From the NCBI GenBank assembly GCA_012295275.1, contig CM022671.1, positions 15,314,001 through 15,378,000 of the forward strand: a stretch of DNA of 64,000 nt, given 5' to 3'. Shown here piece by piece: positions 41,990 to 57,268 of this stretch. A program made the translations under genes and the position numbers. Each line of letters opens with the position of its first letter. The stretch's first letter is position 1. This DNA is from Chrysomallon squamiferum. Lineage: Eukaryota > Animalia > Mollusca. Under the pieces are notes generated by a model, which did not search any database, was not told the origin of the DNA, and saw only the letters and a list, made by a program, of their open reading frames with translations.

Positions 41990-42461
41990 ATAAAATTAAT
42001 AAACTAGGAATTTAATAAAAATGGATATATATCCATGTTACTGTATTTATATACCTTCTGTATGCGAGTGATATTAAATTAAAGAATGATAAGTATTTCA
42101 GATAAGCAGCAGTAAGTACAAGTTGACGACAAGTCGAATATACAAACAATACATTAAGCAGTAGTACTCATACTCTAATTATATGTTTATATGTATGTAT
42201 TAGTAATCTTTAAAAAAAAAAATCGATCTATTAATTTACATAAATATACATAATAAAATAACTTCTCTAATAGTATATTCTGGATATATTTGTATACCCT
42301 AAAAAGGCCTCTTTCAAACTTTATAACAAAAAGTTTTATGATCAGATTTAAATATCCCAAACAGTTTAAATCATAACACCATTCAGCCTTTAATTATGTA
42401 ATATATCTATGTTACATAATACGTATGATACCTTTAATGTTTCCGAACAACTGGCTGACAT
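37231..42461 (-). CDS. Uncharacterised coiled-coil protein, 9 coding exons, ~364 aa
   Basis: Exons (minus, GT-AG, phases consistent, no internal stop): 42432-42461 (MSASCSETLK), 41372-41527, 40814-40935, 40405-40643, 39638-39822, 39221-39334, 38490-38558, 38055-38153, 37231-37311. E/K/Q/L-rich heptad-like segments, e.g. RLVEENAGLQREIARLKQDNAFLLK. No family recognised. First and last exons are the least certain. Confidence 0.8.
41892..41988. repeat. Palindromic (TAA)n(TTA)n microsatellite
   Basis: A TAA run is directly followed by a TTA run, with symmetry centre at 41937/41938. Confidence 0.95.
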
Positions 42462-42622
42462 AATTTTTTAAATTCGTATTATGTTTAATTCAATAGTCAC
42501 GTGCCCGATTTGTTTACATGTTGAGAAGGACGACCGATTTTAAAGGGGAGTAATGACTTAGTAACGAACCTGTTTGATTCAATTACACCTGTAAACTACT
42601 GTACATACAATGTTTAATGTTT

Positions 42623-42623
<1 letters not shown>

Positions 42624-42665
<42 letters not shown>
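42624..42665. repeat. (GT)n microsatellite
   Basis: Direct reading. Confidence 0.97.
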
Positions 42666-42669
<4 letters not shown>

Positions 42670-44020
42670 GTTGATAAAAAGTGTAAGCGTGCATATTATA
42701 TCAAATAATTAGATTACAAATCAGCATGTTCTGTTAGCAGATCAAGATTGTATTACATTAACTTCAAAAAATATGCGCACTTTTACTATTTTTCCAGCTA
42801 AAAATTAAATCAGAAAGAAGAAATTATAAATATCTCTAATTAGGTATCAGTTTATCCTTTCAGAAGTTGTATAAAAGCCACATAATAAATATAAAATTAG
42901 TGAGGAGACGAATTAAAAACGATACATAATTAGACAAATTGATGATATGTTAAAACGAACATTATAACTTTTCACTCATCATCAATTACTGTCAGGCAAA
43001 TAATTTTAATTTCTCGCAAAAAATACCTTAATATAAATGGCTTGTTTAAGCTGGTGAAAGAACTTCATAATAAAAAAGGTATCGTTGCATGGAGTAATTT
43101 ATTTCTTAGTCATCAATCTGGAGTTGAAAAGTCGATATTTTAAAAAAAATCTGTAAAATCTTATGTCTTAAATAAATGCTGCAGAATAGTTTATGAACTA
43201 CGTCAAATGAAAGATGCTAAAATGCCCGATTTTTTAAAGAAAAAGTGAGCCAATAATTGCATTACATCTTGAAACAAACGTGGCACCAGAAATATAAAAA
43301 GTTTTGCTGTTTTTGTACATTTACGTTCATTTTTAATTCAATTGTTGTGAAATTTTGCATACTATTAAAACAGACACTATGAAAGTCAACTATCAACATT
43401 TTATTATCCAATGTAATGACCTTGACATATAATATGGACACGCATGCACCCATCTCTCAACACAGAAAGTGAAAATAATGTATTGCTCCCTCAACATTTG
43501 AACTAATATATACATGTTCAGAAGATATTTATTTACATAACAGGAATAGTGATATCAATTTATTTACATTTTATTCTAGGACAGTTTCGTTTTTTCTTCT
43601 TTCTTCGAGCGATTACAGGTTAAAAATAACTCTGACGTTGTTTTCACTATGATCACGTAATGCAGACAGGATGTTCCTTCAAAATGAATGTTCATTAGTT
43701 TATTTGTATGGACGGGCTGAAAGCATAATCGTTTGTTGAAGTGAACGGGTACTTGGCCGCAAAAAAAACCTGGAAACGCGCATGTCGGTTAATTCACTGT
43801 TTTATTTGTTATATATCTAAAACACAGTATCAGTAACATAACACAATTACACTAATATATTTTAATGACATTTAATGAACACTTGTTAATTTCTGTAAAT
43901 AATATTAAAGCTCATCATGTACAATTTGAATTGAAAATGATGAGCTGTTATCGGTAAAACAAAGGAATTCGCGTAACGTCATATGGGTTTAGCGAACTCC
44001 CAACTAATAAGTTACAGCTT

Positions 44021-44099
44021 AGGAAATGACGTCATTACCCTTTGTGATGGATAGGCCATTTGAAATACAGGTATATTGGTAAATATGCGCATGCGCATA
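44021..44099. promoter_or_regulatory. Promoter module between divergent coiled-coil gene and SLC35E3: ETS-like/CRE, YY1-like, CCAAT and NRF1 sites
   Basis: AGGAAA at 44021 abuts palindromic AATGACGTCATT (44025-44036). GCCATTT ~44055, ATTGG ~44075, perfect 16-bp palindrome TATGCGCATGCGCATA (44084-44099; NRF1 consensus TGCGCATGCGCA). Region is CpG-rich. Confidence 0.65.
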
Positions 44100-44560
44100 G
44101 ACAAACATTGTAGCTCTTTTGAATCATGTATCTAATAACACATCCCGTAAACAATCGATTAAATCAGAATTTCTAAATTTCGTGATAGTCTGTTCTATTT
44201 TCTAATATAATATAACCGTATTGGTAAAAGAGGACATTTTGTATTCATACCTTACAAACAAATTTAAACCAAAATACTAGAATATAGATACAATCATACA
44301 GATATATTAATATAACATATCTGATATCACCATCTGTAATACCCAAAATTATTATTTGGTGTTAACTCCAAAATGCTTGGCTCGCGTCTAGCAAGTTGTT
44401 GATTAAAATTTAAAAGTGTTTCATATGAGCACAGACTTTTATAATTAAAATACCATCACGAAATAAGCATACATGCCATAGCGTTTCTATTTTTAGTATC
44501 ATATTCATATTGTTATCAGCTGAACGTCTATTTAGAGGAAAATAATACAGAAGGGAAAAG

Positions 44561-48322
<3,762 letters not shown>

Positions 48323-51089
48323 ACTGGGTGAAATGTGTGATCATTACATCACGTCTGATCACAGAAACAGATACATTCATTTTCTGTTCTGTCATTTTGT
48401 TCTAAAAGAACATCACCCATACAAATATTTTATATTTTGAATTTTATTATTCTTGTTTTCTTTTTTATATTTTCTTTTGGAAATTTTTGCTTTAGGAATT
48501 CCTTTAGTTATTGTACCTCCCTCCCAATGCTATATTTGTTTTGTTAACATTAACATCCAGATATTTATTTAATTTATCATTTGTTAAATGTATTTAAATT
48601 GTTATAACTATTTTTTTATTGTTTTTATTTGTTTTTCTGTAACCTTTATACATTTATTTACTCTGTATAATTTCTGATGTCATATCATTAGATTTTAATA
48701 TATTATGCATAATGTACTATATTCACACACACACACACACGTAGTACTTGCAATGTACATACTATTCTGATATATTCTCTGTATGATACACTTTCTATAT
48801 TTGAATGCATTATAAATAACATAACTAATAAAGTTAATTTTACATTGCTATGCAGTATTCTAAGACAAATGAAAATGCATTTGTTCTTCAGTTCACAAAA
48901 TTATCTGATTAATTAATATATCATATTATTTTATACTGGCCAAAGTTAAACAAATATTATAATTGTAACCATGTTTATTTAATTTGTTTCTGGGGACTTA
49001 AAAATTAATCATAAATAAATAAATAAAACATTGCACTACACAGTTCCAAGAAACAAATGCAAATGTACATAGATTTTTTTTTTTTTTAAGGTTTTGATTT
49101 TTTTTACATTTGGTCACCAAACTATGATAGTGGTCTGTGATGCAGAAGAAGACTGTCACTAGCTAACTTCTTTTGCCAGCATTAGATGTTGTTGTATTTT
49201 TAGACATTTTTTATTGCTTTTTAAAGGTTTATAGTTACCCAGAGGGTTTGTGGGTGTATAGTGTCAAGTCCATTTCACAATTAGAGGTAAAGAATACCTA
49301 ACATATTTCATTTATATATATCTATAGACACACTATACAGATATATATGTATATGTATTTATAAATTCATCAAAATGTAACAATCAAAGTTTTACGAAGT
49401 TATTTTAAGCATTTTCTTTTTGTCATTAAACATTTCTCAGCTTTGCTATTTAATTCATTTTATCACAATGATGTACATTGTAAAAGTTCTTTCTGAAGAG
49501 TTTCAATTTGTTTTGACAAATAACAAGCTGTCAGTCGAACTGTGCATTTTTTTTCAAATGTTACATTGTGTTAAACATAATTTTATACTTTTGTTTTCTT
49601 TTGCATTTTATGTTAATTTTGTAAAAAAGAACATTTTGAAGTTTATATATCACCTTCTCTTGTGTGGAAAGTCTTCTATATCTTCTTTTTCAGTTAAACC
49701 ATATTGAAGAGAATTTTTACTTTTGTTCTAAATAATGAGCTTCATCAAAAAAATAAATTTAAAAGTCTTTGAGGAATTACCACAGATCTGTTGGTCAGGC
49801 AGTACATTTGTCAGGGCATTGTAATTTGTTACACATTAAGAATATCCATTAAGTTTTTAACTGTTGTAATATTGAAGTTTAATAATAAATATTGTTATGT
49901 TACAAAATATAAAATGAAGAAATAAACAGCAATCACAAATAACATCTTTCTGTTTTCTTCTCTTTTTTCTTCAAAAAAATAAAATAAAAGAAAAATGAGT
50001 GACTGAAACAGTTGTTGAATGAATTTTATGGATAAAGTCATTTTTTTTAATCACATGTAATTTTAATAGAGATGAAGTTACAAGGATAAAATAATAATAA
50101 TAATAAAGGTATTGTTTTCTCATTCTTCAAAAAATTGCCAAAATTTAATATTTGACTGCATCTTGGTTATATTTTTGAAGGATGTCTACTGTTAGTATAC
50201 TGAAAAGGAAATTAAAGATAAATATTTATGATGATAGTTATAAATAAATGACATTTATGATGATGCTGAATAGCTAAGTGATTTTATATTGGAAATAATG
50301 TTATAAACATGCAAGGTTAAATGGTTTGTTATAAGCACAAAGTGCAGTGGATACATCTAACAAAGAATAAAGCCATATATGATCAAATAAAATAAAATAA
50401 AAATTGAAAAAAAAAATAAAAGTAAAAAATGTTCTAATGTCATCAACACAGAGCTCATCTATGCTTCCAGTCCCAGCCATACATACGGGATAATTCATTT
50501 AATATATATAAATATATTTTTCTTAGAAGAAACTTGAGATGATTCATTCACAAATAGCCCTTAGTTTACAATGAAGGAATTTCAAACTGAAGAGAAGGAA
50601 CTGGAGAGTAATTTCATCAAAGAAGAATTTTCAAACTGTAACATAATCTACTTATGTGTTATATGTAAAATCAAATTAAATAACTAATATAAACAAATAT
50701 AACTGCAATCATGTATTAACAGGTCACAGTTAAACCTTTTTAACTGTTTTGTGATCATTAGATTGCAGTTTAAAATAATTTAGTTTTCTTAATTGTTTCA
50801 ACAATCGTCACTGTAAAAGTGTGATGGTCAAAAAATGTCTAGCTAACAAAGCAAAATGAAGAGAAACTGCAGTAACATCGGATGACACGGGGAGAAATGT
50901 AATTTGGGACTCTGACAACCATCCGCTTTTGATCAAATTGTATGCATACAGCTGCATTTTAAAATCAGTACAAGTTATTACAAAAATGTATTTGTATAAC
51001 ATCCAGTTTTCAATGATTTTTTTAAAATAATAAATAAAAATAAATAAATAAAATTCAGAAACGAAGTAAAACAAAAATGTATGGTATTG

Positions 51090-51526
51090 CATGGCCGTAA
51101 TTAAAGTCTTTGATAAGAGGCAAAAACACTTAATCGCCGAACGGAGCGGAGCAAAAAAAAAAAACGGGGGCGAGGGGTCTGGGGTTTAAATGACAATATA
51201 CATTGCATCAGAGCAAAAACCGGGCTATGGTTGAAACGTGTGAAAAGATGCTATAAGTCTTATATTATGAACCTGTTTGATGTCCGATGTCTTTGAAGTC
51301 TGTTATGTCTTTCATCGCAACGATGTCGGTAGATTTCAAACGGTAACCGTAGACATAAACGAATTCATTCAGTGGATATCATTTCTATCGGAAAAGAGAT
51401 TTATATTTAATATTTTAAAAATAAAATATTTGTATAATAATAATAATAATAATAATAAAATTTTAAAAATAGTCAATTTCGGTGTAAGGCATTTGTCACA
51501 TTTTCCTCTATGTAGTTACGGCCATG
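51090..51526. mobile_element. Non-autonomous DNA transposon (hAT-like MITE) remnant
   Basis: 14-bp TIRs CATGGCCGTAATTA (51090-51103) and TAGTTACGGCCATG (51513-51526), 13/14 complementary. Internal GC-rich GGAGCGGAGC..GGGGGCGAGGGGTCTGGGG. The 8-bp flanks TGGTATTG/TGTTAATT match only 5/8, so the hAT assignment is tentative. Confidence 0.6.
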
Positions 51527-52336
51527 TGTTAATTACTTAAGACCCGCCGGAACGACTTTGTCAGAGGGGCGGCAGAGTAGCAATAATGAAAGCGAATTTT
51601 CTAGCTACATAAGCTCACGCTTGATAATTTTGAATCATAGATAAAGAAAAACGATTTAAATTTGACAGTGGTATAATTTGTAGCTATATTTATATAAATT
51701 ATATGTGTAAGTAAGTTCGAAGTGAAAAGAATGAAGGTTATTTATCAATGACTATTTAGCATATCGGATAGAAATATTAATTATGGAGATTTATGTAAAA
51801 ATCTGTTATCAGTCTGTAACAACGAAAAGTGATTGGAACCCGAACAATTTTTCAGTACAAATAAAATGTGGTAAAATGGTAAAAATGTTTGGATGACGAT
51901 CTCAACTGGCTATTCTTTAAAATACATTTTTGGATCATTGTTGATATTTTTTAACAACAACAAAATCAGAACATCTTTATGTTTCGGTGACAATGTGAAT
52001 ATTACGTAAGCAGATGTTTTACCTGTTCCAAGAAAAAAGATAAATAAAATAAAATCTCTTCCAATACTTTATTATAATTCATTTTTTTTACTTGGAAAAT
52101 TAGCAACATGTTTTCTTTTTATAGAACGTAATTTACATGTATTTAGCAGCGTGAAATACTTTTGAAATACAATTTGAAGAATTGTTTGATGTTATATTTA
52201 TTTAAATACAGTATTTGTTTTTTAATCCCCCCCCCTTTTCTTCTAATTTTAAGTAAGAATTAGATGTAAAACAGCAAAGAAATTTCCAGTCAAATGTACA
52301 CATAAAAGTCCTTTAACATTAAACAGTTCTTTTGAA

Positions 52337-52410
52337 ATAATAATAATCATAATAATCATAATAATCATAATAATGATGATGATGATGATGATAAACAACA
52401 ACAACAACAA
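52337..52410. repeat. Compound repeat (AAT)(CATAAT)(GAT)(CAA)
   Basis: Direct reading. Confidence 0.85.
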
Positions 52411-52619
52411 GAGCATAATTTCTCTGTGATTTTTAAATGACTAATTTTAAATTAATAATTTTCTGCCCTGACTAATCCTGGATATATATGTATGAACCAA
52501 AAAGACAAAAAAGAAAAACATTCGTGAGAAAACAAGACATTTTACATAATACCCTATTTTTTCATGACACATGAATTACAGACAATGAAACTACTGAAGC
52601 TGAGACAAATCGTGGGTAA

Positions 52620-52734
52620 CAGACTGCTGATTGGTTGATTTATTTCACTGCTCTCTAAAGACGAAGGAAGTAGTCTGAGCGTTCCGCCATTACATAGAAA
52701 AATCGGTTTTCCCTTGATCTGAAATATAAAGGGA
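52620..52734 (+). promoter_or_regulatory. UBE2N proximal promoter/5'UTR with CCAAT box and YY1-like site
   Basis: CTGATTGGTT near 52627 and CCGCCATT near 52684, in a CpG-containing patch immediately upstream of the ATG. Confidence 0.5.
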
Positions 52735-55700
52735 ATGGCCGGGCTTCCAAGAAGGATTTTGAAAGTATGAATAATATAATTGCCATTTAATAGTTTAATT
52801 TATTAATATATTATTTAGACAGGGCTGGTATTAACGTAGCTTGTACATATATGCGTTTTATTTATTGTTTATTATTATTATAGAGATTTCAGTTTTAGAC
52901 TAAATTTGAGTTCGCAAATCTTAAAATTTGGATGTATTACCATTAATCTGAGACTTTAAATTGTGTGAATGATGATAGATGAAAAAATATACAAAAAACA
53001 ATATGTGGAAATAGATATTGTATTTGAAAGTTAATTTATTTTTGTCAAACGTTAAAAGTTAATGAAAACGTTTTATTTTCAATACATTTTGTTTTTAAAG
53101 GAGTTTTGTTGTCCTTAATTTGTCAGATATTAAACAACATGGAATTATTCTCTGAGTCTAAATTGGCACTTTTTTATGGACAGAAAATTTTAATCAAATA
53201 AAAATATTGTGCAGAAAAAATAATTTTGATAAATCTATCTCTTGAAAGGAATTATTAACAACAGAATATACAATAAATGATAACAGGTTTACAGTAAACA
53301 TACCGTACATTGACAGTCTGTATTGTAGTAAGCAGGACACACTGAATCAAAGAGGTATTTTTTACCTTTATGCCATATTGTGTAAAGTAGTGCATACTTG
53401 ATGTTTCGCACATATAAAAAAAAAAATTACCTCTAATAAATAAAACAAATAAATATAATTATGAAAGATGTAAGTACAATTAATGTTGATTATGTTCATA
53501 ACTGTATTTTTTAATATTTTTATTATTATTAATTTTTTTTCAATCATCTTAAACTAGGAAACACAAAGATTGATCGCTGAACCTGTTCCAGGTATCAGTG
53601 CTGTCCCTGATGAAAACAACGCAAGATATTTCCATGTTGTGGTTGCAGGCCCTGCAGAGGTAAGTTACAGGACTGTGCTATTATTATGTTAGAGAATACT
53701 TCACCATTGCAGGAATCTGGGCATCTCTTTATGTTAATCTCTAAATAAATGCAAAATAATATTTCTGATAAAATATATTTAACAAAAATATTTGTATCTG
53801 GGGAGAATAAAAGCAAAACCTCTGCAAATTATTAGCTTTCTAAATACTAGGTGAGGGCAAGAATTAAAATTTGATAAAAAGTTATAAATTCAAGGGACAC
53901 ATCATTTAGCTGAACAATAAATTTATATCATTTTAAAACAAAACAAAAAACAACTACAATTGTTAATAATTTTTATTTTGTTACATTATAATTCTTGGCA
54001 CAATGACAATTCTTTCATAATATTTGACTCTTTATCAATTCCTCTGGTTTTTATTTTTATTACTCCAAAATTCTAGTATGTAAATCAATTCCTTTAGAAA
54101 CGACTTAATGATCAAGTGCTCTATTTTGACCAGTTCAGAAACAGTTAATCTAAAGGCAAAAATAAATATATTAAAAAACAAATTAACATAGAGTATCTTT
54201 GCAGCTGTTAAGAATTGACTGAGGAAAGGTAGTTGTTCATTTCCTCTACCCTCATCTGCACATCTGTTACCTGATATTTTAACTATAAATAGTGTTTAAA
54301 TGTTGTTCAGTCATTTATTTGTTTATAGTTATTTTTATTTCTCAAATTGCTTTTTTCCACACATAAAGTATAATAATAAAAATAATTACCAGCTTATATA
54401 TCAGGTATGATAATTTCATTTAATTTCAAGTCTAAATACACTAAAATGATGGATATCAGAAGTTATTGTTAGAAATGTCTTTTTATTAATAAATTTTAGA
54501 TTCTTTTGATTCTTTGTCATTAAGCTGATTATTCTGTATAATTTGTTATGCTTATAATATTTTAGATTCAGTCAATTGTCATTTTTTATTCAAAGATTTT
54601 ATATCATCACTCTGTTTCTTAATCTTATTAAAACAAATGGAAAATTGTATACCATCTGAAAATTTGATTAGCAAAATAAAGGGTAAAAATAATCTGATAC
54701 ATAACTGATGTATTTATTTAGGTAATCAGATGGTGATTATTATTAACATTTTTATTTTTATTCCAGTCACCATATGAAGGAGGAACATTTAAGATGGAAC
54801 TATTTTTGCCTGAAGAATATCCAATGTCTGCTCCAAAAGTTCGTTTCATGACAAAAATATATCATCCAAATATAGACAAAGTGGGACGAATATGTTTAGA
54901 TATTCTAAAAGGTAACTGTTGAAATCACTTTGTTTTTACATGAAGAATATCCAAACAAACATATATCATTATATTAAAACTTTGTACAAATAATGATAAG
55001 GTAATCTGAATGAGGTTTTAATAGTACAGTGTCAAAGAGTCATGAGAAAAAGACAAGGTCGACAAATGGCATACAAATTATTACAAAAGAAACATGAAAT
55101 CTTAACCACCACATTGTTCCATAGAGTTGCTGCCCTTGGATTAAACAAAAAAAGAATCTGCAGGGAACTTAAGTGATTGAGCACTGTCCAGTTTTTATTG
55201 TCATGGACTCTGCTGGATACTCCAAAAATGCATTAATACTTTAACATTTTCATAATCTGTATCTAATTTCAAAATGGTTACAAGCATTGAAGATATTACC
55301 CACCCACCTTCACATTGGATGTGGATGGTACACTTAACTTTTGCATAAATGTTTATTTGTACTAGAATATATTTTTATCTATAACTTCATAATTTGAAAC
55401 CTATTAACTATTTAGTTTTTCTTTGGCATTTTTCTTTTAGATAAATGGAGTCCAGCATTACAAATTAGAACAGTTTTACTCTCCATTCAAGCACTGTTGA
55501 GTGCTCCAAACCCAGATGACCCACTTGACAATACAGTAGCAGACACCTGGAAGACTGATGAACAAGGAGCTTTGAATACAGGTAAATTATCTTTAGCAAA
55601 CATTCAAAGTAGTTTTGCTTATTACTGCTGATCTCTATTTGTGTATTAAATATTGGTATCCTGACGTTGCAAATCATGGCTTTTAATTTATATATGCTTT

Positions 55701-57268
55701 ATAGCAGTGTGAAGGAACCATAATAATTTAGAAAGTGTCAAAATACTTAATTTGTAGAGTGTCATCCATTTAAAATTAGAAACAGAATAAAGTGTGCATA
55801 TGGCATACATTACCAGGTAGCTTTTTCCATAAAAATTATGGAATCTATCATTGTAAAAGGCATACATTATATATGTTGCCTCATTGTGAAATTCTGAATA
55901 TTACTCAATTTAAGTCATAGATTCAAAATACGTTTCATTTGCAATGTCAGACTTTTTACTTACTTACTTTTTCTGCATTCCATATTTTTAATCAAAATAT
56001 ATTAAAGAGAAATAAAACTTCATATTTCAATTATTTGCACCAAATCTTGACTGCATCTGGGACATGTAATGTTACTGTTCAAATGGGACTTTCCACTTTA
56101 CTGTTAATAAACACAGGGTTATCTACCTTGGTTCTGATTTACCACATCGGGCAAGTAGCAGAACAGACTCAGAAAAAAGAAAAAGAAATAACAATAAACT
56201 ATTGATATAAATTTGTTCTCCCCAACATCCATATTTTCTTTCTCCAATAAAAAAAAAAATTAAACCTTATTGCAGGCAGAAAACAAAGTCAATGATAAAC
56301 TTTCTAATACAGTAGCATAATAAAAGTTTGTAAAACAGTCATCCTATTTCATGTTCATGCTAACTAATAATAGCCAAAGAAAAATACCTGAAAGATCAGC
56401 AATTTTACCTGATCTGAAAGAATGAGGTCAGAAAGCCAACCCAGGTACGGCTGTTTAATTTGTGAAGCACATGTTGGTAAAGCCTTGATTAAAACCAGAC
56501 AATTTTTTTCATCTCATTAATAAGAGGCATGAACAAGCCCATCCCCTACTAGCCTCAGTTGCCTTATTGCCCTAGTTTGAGTAAGTGTAACAAACAAAAA
56601 ATAATAATTTAAAAATATTTGGAGGCTGCTGTTTTTCTATAATCATGATATCATCACATGCACTACAGATTGATCTGTTCTGAATAGGCAATTATATACA
56701 TACATACCATACATTCACATGTGTGTGTGTGTTATTGATCCACAGTATATTCAATAACGTGACTGCAGTTGTGCAGGTATAAACTGTCTGCTTTATAAAT
56801 AACATATACGTGTGTGTTTGTGTGTGTGTGTGTGTGTGTTTATCCACACATTTTATAACAGTATAATTTATTGTCACACTTTGTTATTAATAAGGATAGG
56901 TTGCCCAAAACATTAAAATAATGTTGTCGTTTAAAGAATAGTGTTAGAGCATTCATTAATTCTGCCAAAGGTACACTTTAAAGCAGATCTGTACAGTATG
57001 TTTGACTTTACATACTAATAAAAAGTAACTGTTATTTTCTAATAATGATCATACAAAGATTTAGGTGAGAATGTTAATAAACAATTTAAGATTTTGACCT
57101 TGTATCTGCTATTATAATTAAACAGCCCAAAATTCCTTTATATCAGGTAATATATCACTGTATAATATGTGTAACATTTATGTTGTGTATTATTTTTCAG
57201 ATTATTAATTTTTTATTTATTTATTTATTTCAGCAAAGGCATGGACCAAACTATATGCTATGAAATAA
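52735..57268 (+). CDS. UBE2N: Ubiquitin-conjugating enzyme E2 N (Ubc13), 5 exons, 150 aa
   Basis: Exons 52735-52764 ([10 protein letters not shown]), 53558-53659, 54767-54911, 55441-55581, 57234-57268. HPN motif and catalytic Cys in [47 protein letters not shown]. Not in the ORF track because the exons are short. Confidence 0.96.

Noticed and set aside
55582-57233. Search for a mutually exclusive duplicate of UBE2N exon 4
   Set aside because: No second WSPAL/PDDPL-like exon is visible in introns 3 or 4.
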